Assembly (NCBI RefSeq): GCF_001194135.2
Contig: NC_068991.1
Location: 58,261,322 to 58,317,266, forward strand
Direction of reading: 5' to 3'
Source of the DNA: Octopus bimaculoides
Lineage: Eukaryota
DNA: 55,945 bases
The position numbers and the translations under genes are program-made. Positions 51,101 to 55,945 of the stretch are shown piece by piece (the first letter of the stretch is position 1; the number at the start of each line of letters is the position of its first letter). The notes beneath the pieces were generated by a model. It was not told where the DNA came from, ran no database searches, and saw only the letters and a list, made by a program, of their open reading frames with translations.

Positions 51101-51270
51101 AGATTATTTGCCAACAATACGTGGCAGCCCTGGATAAGGACGAATGTTTTGAGCTGAGTTTGGGTGCTGAGTCGTATTGTATAGCCAGCTGTAGACGATG
51201 TCTCCTGGGGATAAATTACTGCAAAATTCGTCCTAAACCAGGACTGCCATGTTATGCTGGCAAACAATCT
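51101..51270. repeat. Imperfect inverted repeat, ~50-bp arms (MITE-like)
   Basis: Left arm agattatttgccaacaatacgtggcagccctggataaggacgaatgttttg; reverse complement of right arm agattgtttgccagcataacatggcagtcctggtttaggacgaattttg. Confidence 0.85.
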
Positions 51271-51803
51271 TTACTCAAATGAAAGATAGTCATGCCTCTC
51301 TCTCCTTCTTTCTCTCTCCTTTTCTCTCTCTCTATATATATATGTGAGGAATTGGGATTTTTTTTGGGGGGGAGGGGGACTTTTCGCAGAAGGAGATTGT
51401 GAGGAAACGAAGATACGCCTAAAGGACTAGTTGTCTCAGTGCATGTATTAATGTGTTGAAGTATTTGTTTTACATTGTATGCGTGTATGTGTTTGTGTGC
51501 GCGTGTGTGTGTGTGTTTGTGTGTGTGCGTGTGTGTGTCAGTGCGGGAAGGTGCCGTATGTATATGTGTGTTTGTGTGTTAGACAGTATTTAATCTATAA
51601 GAAACTTTGCAATGTGTCTGTATGTGCGTATGTAACAATGCTTGTATAAGTGTCTATGGCCTCGTCTCCGTATATGTGTACAGGATGCATTCCTCATGTA
51701 AGTAATTTTTTTTTCACATCGCTAGCTATATAAATATATCTATGTGGGTGTCTGTGTGTGTGTGTATCTGTCCATTTGTCTATGTCAATATATACTTGTA
51801 AGG

Positions 51804-51847
<44 letters not shown>

Positions 51848-52124
51848 GCGTATTTATACATGTGTGTATGTAGGGGATGTATTTAGAGTGCATTCTGCGT
51901 TAAGTAATACCTTGTAAATGTCATAATATACTCGAGTACATTTCATTACGTACGTATAAATGCTATTATTATATGTATGTATGTATTTACACACACACAT
52001 GCACACACATGCACACGCACACAAACACACACACATACATACATATATGTATGTATGTAGTATGTATGTATGTATGTATGTATGTATATATGTATGTTTT
52101 TTTTTACATATATATGTGTATATA

Positions 52125-52830
52125 TATAGCGTTTCTCCAAAAACATCTACGCACTTAACGAATGATAACCACTTAATTTTCATTTTAGGTTTAAAACACA
52201 CATTAGAAATAATGAAGAAATGACTAAGCTTTGAACAAAGGAAATTTATCCGAAAGTGCTACTCGATACTTGGAAGTCCAAAAACAGTTTAAGAGGTGTT
52301 TCAAGCGGATTTGCAAATCATTCTGAAGCAATATTTCAAGAAACCTAAGGACATCGATGTGTCCCACAAAGCGACAAAAGGTAGTAGAAACGTATTGCCA
52401 GAGATCAAGAATAATTCTACGTCAGATAGGAAGTTCAAAATCAATTTTCCATTGAAGCACCATGATTGTTAAAACTACATTCCAAGAATAGTCCATACTT
52501 CCAATGAAGATGATCCGGCCGGAAGAGTGGAATTTTGTTAGCAGTACTTAATAGGGTGTATAAAAGAAATATTGTTTGGAGTGAAATTGCTATATTTCAA
52601 TTAAATTACTCCATTAAACACCACAAGGCAGACTGTAGGGGACAAAGCTAAGTTTACGTTAGAAAACCAGGATCCTTCGACGAATTGAGAGCAGCCATTG
52701 AAGGAGAATTTCACAGATTCCGAACGAAATGTTTCTTGTTGCTTGCGAATCTGTTGCCTTGCGTTATCAATGTAGTCTAGATGAGAACGATGATTCGTTT
52801 GGAAACAGGTGTTTTAAAAAGTAAACTCTA
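52125..52830 (+). mobile_element. Tc1/mariner-superfamily relic with internal deletions
   Basis: Reads LSFEQRKFIRKCY (N-terminal HTH-like), YIPRIVHTSNEDDPAGRVEFC, IVWSE.AIFQLN (first Asp region, normally WSDEA.F.LNG), then RKPGSFDELRAAIEGE...CES. Many stops and frameshifts. TIR-like start tatagcgtttctccaaaa. Confidence 0.65.
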
Positions 52831-53134
52831 TCTGTACTTTCCATTTAACTTTGAAAATGTAATCTATTTTAATTTATGCTGACGTCTAATCATTCCATAT
52901 ACATGCACATAAATATATATAGAGAGAGATAGCGTTAAGTAAAATGCGGAAGATCATGTAAACAGAAGGGCTGAAGGACTCGGCATCGTCAGAATGAATC
53001 TGTGAAAGCAAGGGTTGCCTCTGGGAAGCAGAACGCAATAAGAATGTCCAGACCAAGAGAGACAAAATGGGTGAGAAATTTACATAATATCAAGAAGTTC
53101 AAAACGAAGAGAAAGCCCTAGGAACAACTGAGAG

Positions 53135-53517
53135 GTTGTTGTTGTTGGCACTCCGTCGTTTACGACGTCGAGGGTTCCAGTTGATCCGATCAACGGAACA
53201 GCCTGCTCGTGAAATTAACGTGCAAGTGGCTGAGCACTCCACAGACACGTGTACCCTTAACGTAATTCTCGGGGATATTCAGCGTAACACAGTGTGACAA
53301 GGCTGACCCTTTGAATTACAGGCACAACAGAAACAGGAAGTAAGAGTGAGAGAAAGTTGTGGTGAAAGAGTACAGCAGGGTTTGCCACCATCTCCTGCCG
53401 GAGCGTCGTGCAGCTTTAGGCGTTTTCGCTCAATAAACACTCACAACGCCCGGTCTGGGAATCGAAACCGCGATCCCATGACCGCGAGTCCGCTACCCTA
53501 ACCACTGGGCCATTGCG
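53135..53517 (-). mobile_element. tRNA-derived SINE (family B), full length, (CAA)n tail
   Basis: Reverse complement of the 53986 copy over ~370 bp. Head ...accactgggccattgcg at 53501-53517; tail gttgttgttgtt at 53135-53146. Confidence 0.92.
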
Positions 53518-53519
53518 GA

Positions 53520-54480
53520 CAGAATTATACAATGGCCAAGAGTTAGAAAATGTCGGAGTGATTTTGTGTCAATCACTATAATGGCGCAATTTTATAGGAT
53601 TTGGTGAAGGATATTTCTTGTTTATCACACTATCGTAATCCCTGATGCTGAACTTTAATGCAGTTTTTTGAAACTTTTGTATTTTAGCAGTCCTTAAAAT
53701 AATACATCAATCAAGTACTATTGTAGGCTTAATCGACTGCGACCTAATCGCAAATTTGTTGCCCTGTATCTGTGTTGGGATTGAATGCATTATTCATCCC
53801 CAACAAATTTAGAAACATATATAACGATGCACAAATGTCATGAATCGATACAAACGAAATATGCCAACGATTATAGAAAAAAAGAAGTTCATTGGGCAGC
53901 TGGGCACCAAATATTGTAGAGAAATAATGTAAACAATGTAGAAAAGAAGTCACCACTTATTTTATGTGCACCAGTCCAAGGCTGTGGAGTCACAATGGCC
54001 CAGTGGTTAGGGCATCGGACTCGCGGTCGTAGGATCGCAGTTTCGATTACCAGACCGGGCGTTCTGAGTGTTTACTGAGCGAAAACACCTAAAGCTCCAC
54101 GAAGCTCTGCCAGGGTGGTGGTGAACCCTGCTGTACTCTTTCACCACAACTTTCTCTCACTCTTTCTTCCTGTTTCTGTTGTACCTGTATTTCAAAGGGC
54201 CAGCCTTGTCACACTCTCTGCCACGCTGAATCTCCCCGAGAATTACGTTAAGGGCACACGAGTTTGTGGAGTGCTGAGCCACTTGCACGTTAATTTCACG
54301 AGCAGGCTGTTCCGTTGATCGGATCAACTGGAACCCTCGTCGTCGTAACCGATGGAGTGCCAAGAAGCCCAAGGCTGTAGCCATGCTGGGGTACAACCAG
54401 TTTCAGAAAAAAAAACAAAGATAAACAGAAAATATAGTTGAAATGGAAGTAAAATATTGTAGAGAAGAACGAAAGAATAG
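53520..54480 (+). mobile_element. Possible ancient RTE-like LINE remnant interrupted by a SINE-B insertion
   Basis: Fragments YNGQELENV, SVLGLNALFIPN.. and KKRSSLGSWA resemble the RT C-terminal region. The SINE-B at 53986-54368 sits within it with a TSD. Weak similarity. Confidence 0.25.
53986..54368 (+). mobile_element. tRNA-derived SINE (family B), full length, with 10-bp target-site duplication
   Basis: A box tggcccagtgg and B box gtttcgattac. The body aligns along its whole length with the copies at 53135 and 32344. TSD ccaaggctgt at 53976-53985 and 54369-54378. Confidence 0.92.
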
Positions 54481-54799
54481 TTTGTTTTAGTAAACATAAT
54501 TTATAGAGATTAGGTTTTAGAGAAATTCCTAATGTTATATTTCTCATTTCCCGTTTTATAATACATAGGTATATATCGTGCGTCCAGAGTAAAATTTTGT
54601 TCCTCTACTCATTTGATGAAAGGAAATTACGTTTCCTCTTTCCTCCTTGTTTCCGTTCTGTGCCTTTATTTAAGTCGAATGGACGATCGCAGTTGTATGA
54701 CAGATTTCTTTATGCGTGAAGAAGCAACATCACACTTATAAATGTGATGTATTTGATCAAGTATTCACGTCTGCTAAATATTTGTTTGTATGGTTCAGA

Positions 54800-54937
54800 A
54801 TTTCGCTTCGTAATCATAAGTTCTGATATAGACGCGAGGCGTGACACCATAGGCACGTGTCCTCTACTATAGCACTGGTCGAATAATGCCTTATCAGTGA
54901 ATTCAGTGGGTGGAAACTGCGTGGAAGCCCTCGCGTT

Positions 54938-54975
<38 letters not shown>

Positions 54976-55340
54976 NNNNNNNNNNNNNNNNNNNNNNNNN
55001 NNNNNNNNNNNNNNNNNNNNNNNNNNNNNNNNNNNNNNNNNNNNNNNNNNNNNNNNNNNNNNNNNNNNNNNNATATATATTTGTGTATTTAAGTATATAC
55101 ATGTAGATTTATTCATATGAATATCTACGTATATGTGTGTTTGTATATAAGCATGTACATGTATATGTGTGTTGTCTTCGTCCTTGTTTGCGTCTATTGC
55201 TTGGCAACCGATGTTGGTTTGTTTATACTCAGATAATATACTCGTTCAGCAAAATAAATCGATAGGATGAGTACCAGTCTTTTGAAAAATAAGTCTTGGG
55301 GGCCATTTGATCAACTATACTCTTCAAGGCGGAGCACAAG
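54800..55340 (+). mobile_element. Diverged SINE-D spanning an assembly gap in its internal microsatellite
   Basis: 5' half: gtgacaccataggcacgtgtcctctactatagc...ggaaactgcgtggaagccc. 3' half: ttggcaaccgatgttggtttgttta...aataagtcttggggg...ttcaaggcggagcac. Confidence 0.65.
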
Positions 55341-55771
55341 TAAATGAAGAAAGATAAAAGTTAGACTCAATGAAACTCTATATTGTCTGTTAGATAATAC
55401 GCTCCACGACAAATGGGTGGAACATGGAAATTTGGCTGAAAGAAATTTGATTGAGAGTTGGAGAGTTCTGAGAACAAATGATTTTGATTTAATGTCAATA
55501 AAAAACGGAATGCATTATTTTATATATTTTTGTATGTCTAAATAATTATGAATGCGTCAATATTTGAGAAAATTAAACAAAGAAAAAATTTCATAGGTTT
55601 ATTTCGATTTTGTGTTTCGTTTGCAAGACTTGTATGATAAAGCAGATATTGTCGTATTTCGGGAGGGTTATTATGTCAATAAACACACGCACTGTTTCAG
55701 TTCTATTTGTTTACTATTATTCATCAATTGTTCCGGTATCTAACTCATCATTTGTTTGCTTAATCAGTCGG

Positions 55772-55806
<35 letters not shown>

Positions 55807-55945
55807 GTGTGCATGCCAAAGACCTATTACCATTCACAAACTCGTGAATAACATATCCTTTCTAGTCCAGCTCAGCTTCTGATAAATCTGTATTTTAGAA
55901 TTAAGGATTAATATGTACTATATATGTATATATATATATATATAT

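Noticed and set aside
54075-54260. HDV-like ribozyme core in SINE-B (AGC-UCCACGAR-GCU followed by GG)
   Set aside because: The P3/L3 resemblance is present in all three copies, but I could not find convincing P1 and P2 partners or a J4/2 CUAA/CGAA. It would need an Infernal/RNArobo test on the consensus.

Overview
This 56-kb window is AT-rich, repeat-saturated eukaryotic DNA from a draft assembly, with 14 N-gaps totalling about 5.7 kb, nearly all bordered by microsatellites. The density of (TA)n, (CA)n, (GATA)n and (AAT)n tracts and the tRNA-derived SINE families look like an octopus/cephalopod genome; this is an inference from recalled repeat families, not a database result. I found no intact protein-coding gene. 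Almost all listed ORFs are artefacts of microsatellites, low complexity or N-gaps. The recognisable protein motifs belong to decayed transposons: several Tc1/mariner relics, an RTE LINE 3' fragment, an RLE-type non-LTR fragment and a Penelope-like element. Four SINE families (here called A-D), several MITEs and a few isolated splice-signal-bounded exon candidates make up the rest; the window reads as intronic or intergenic. I cannot support a claim of a new biological system. The most interesting observations are: a head-to-head inverted SINE pair that could form long dsRNA; a seven-copy SINE array embedded in (AAT)n; two independent same-orientation SINE-in-SINE nests; a ~180-bp nested hairpin; and a degenerate hammerhead-like motif with a compensatory U3-A8 core at the 3' end of the Penelope element. 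Coordinates of decayed elements are approximate, read by eye.
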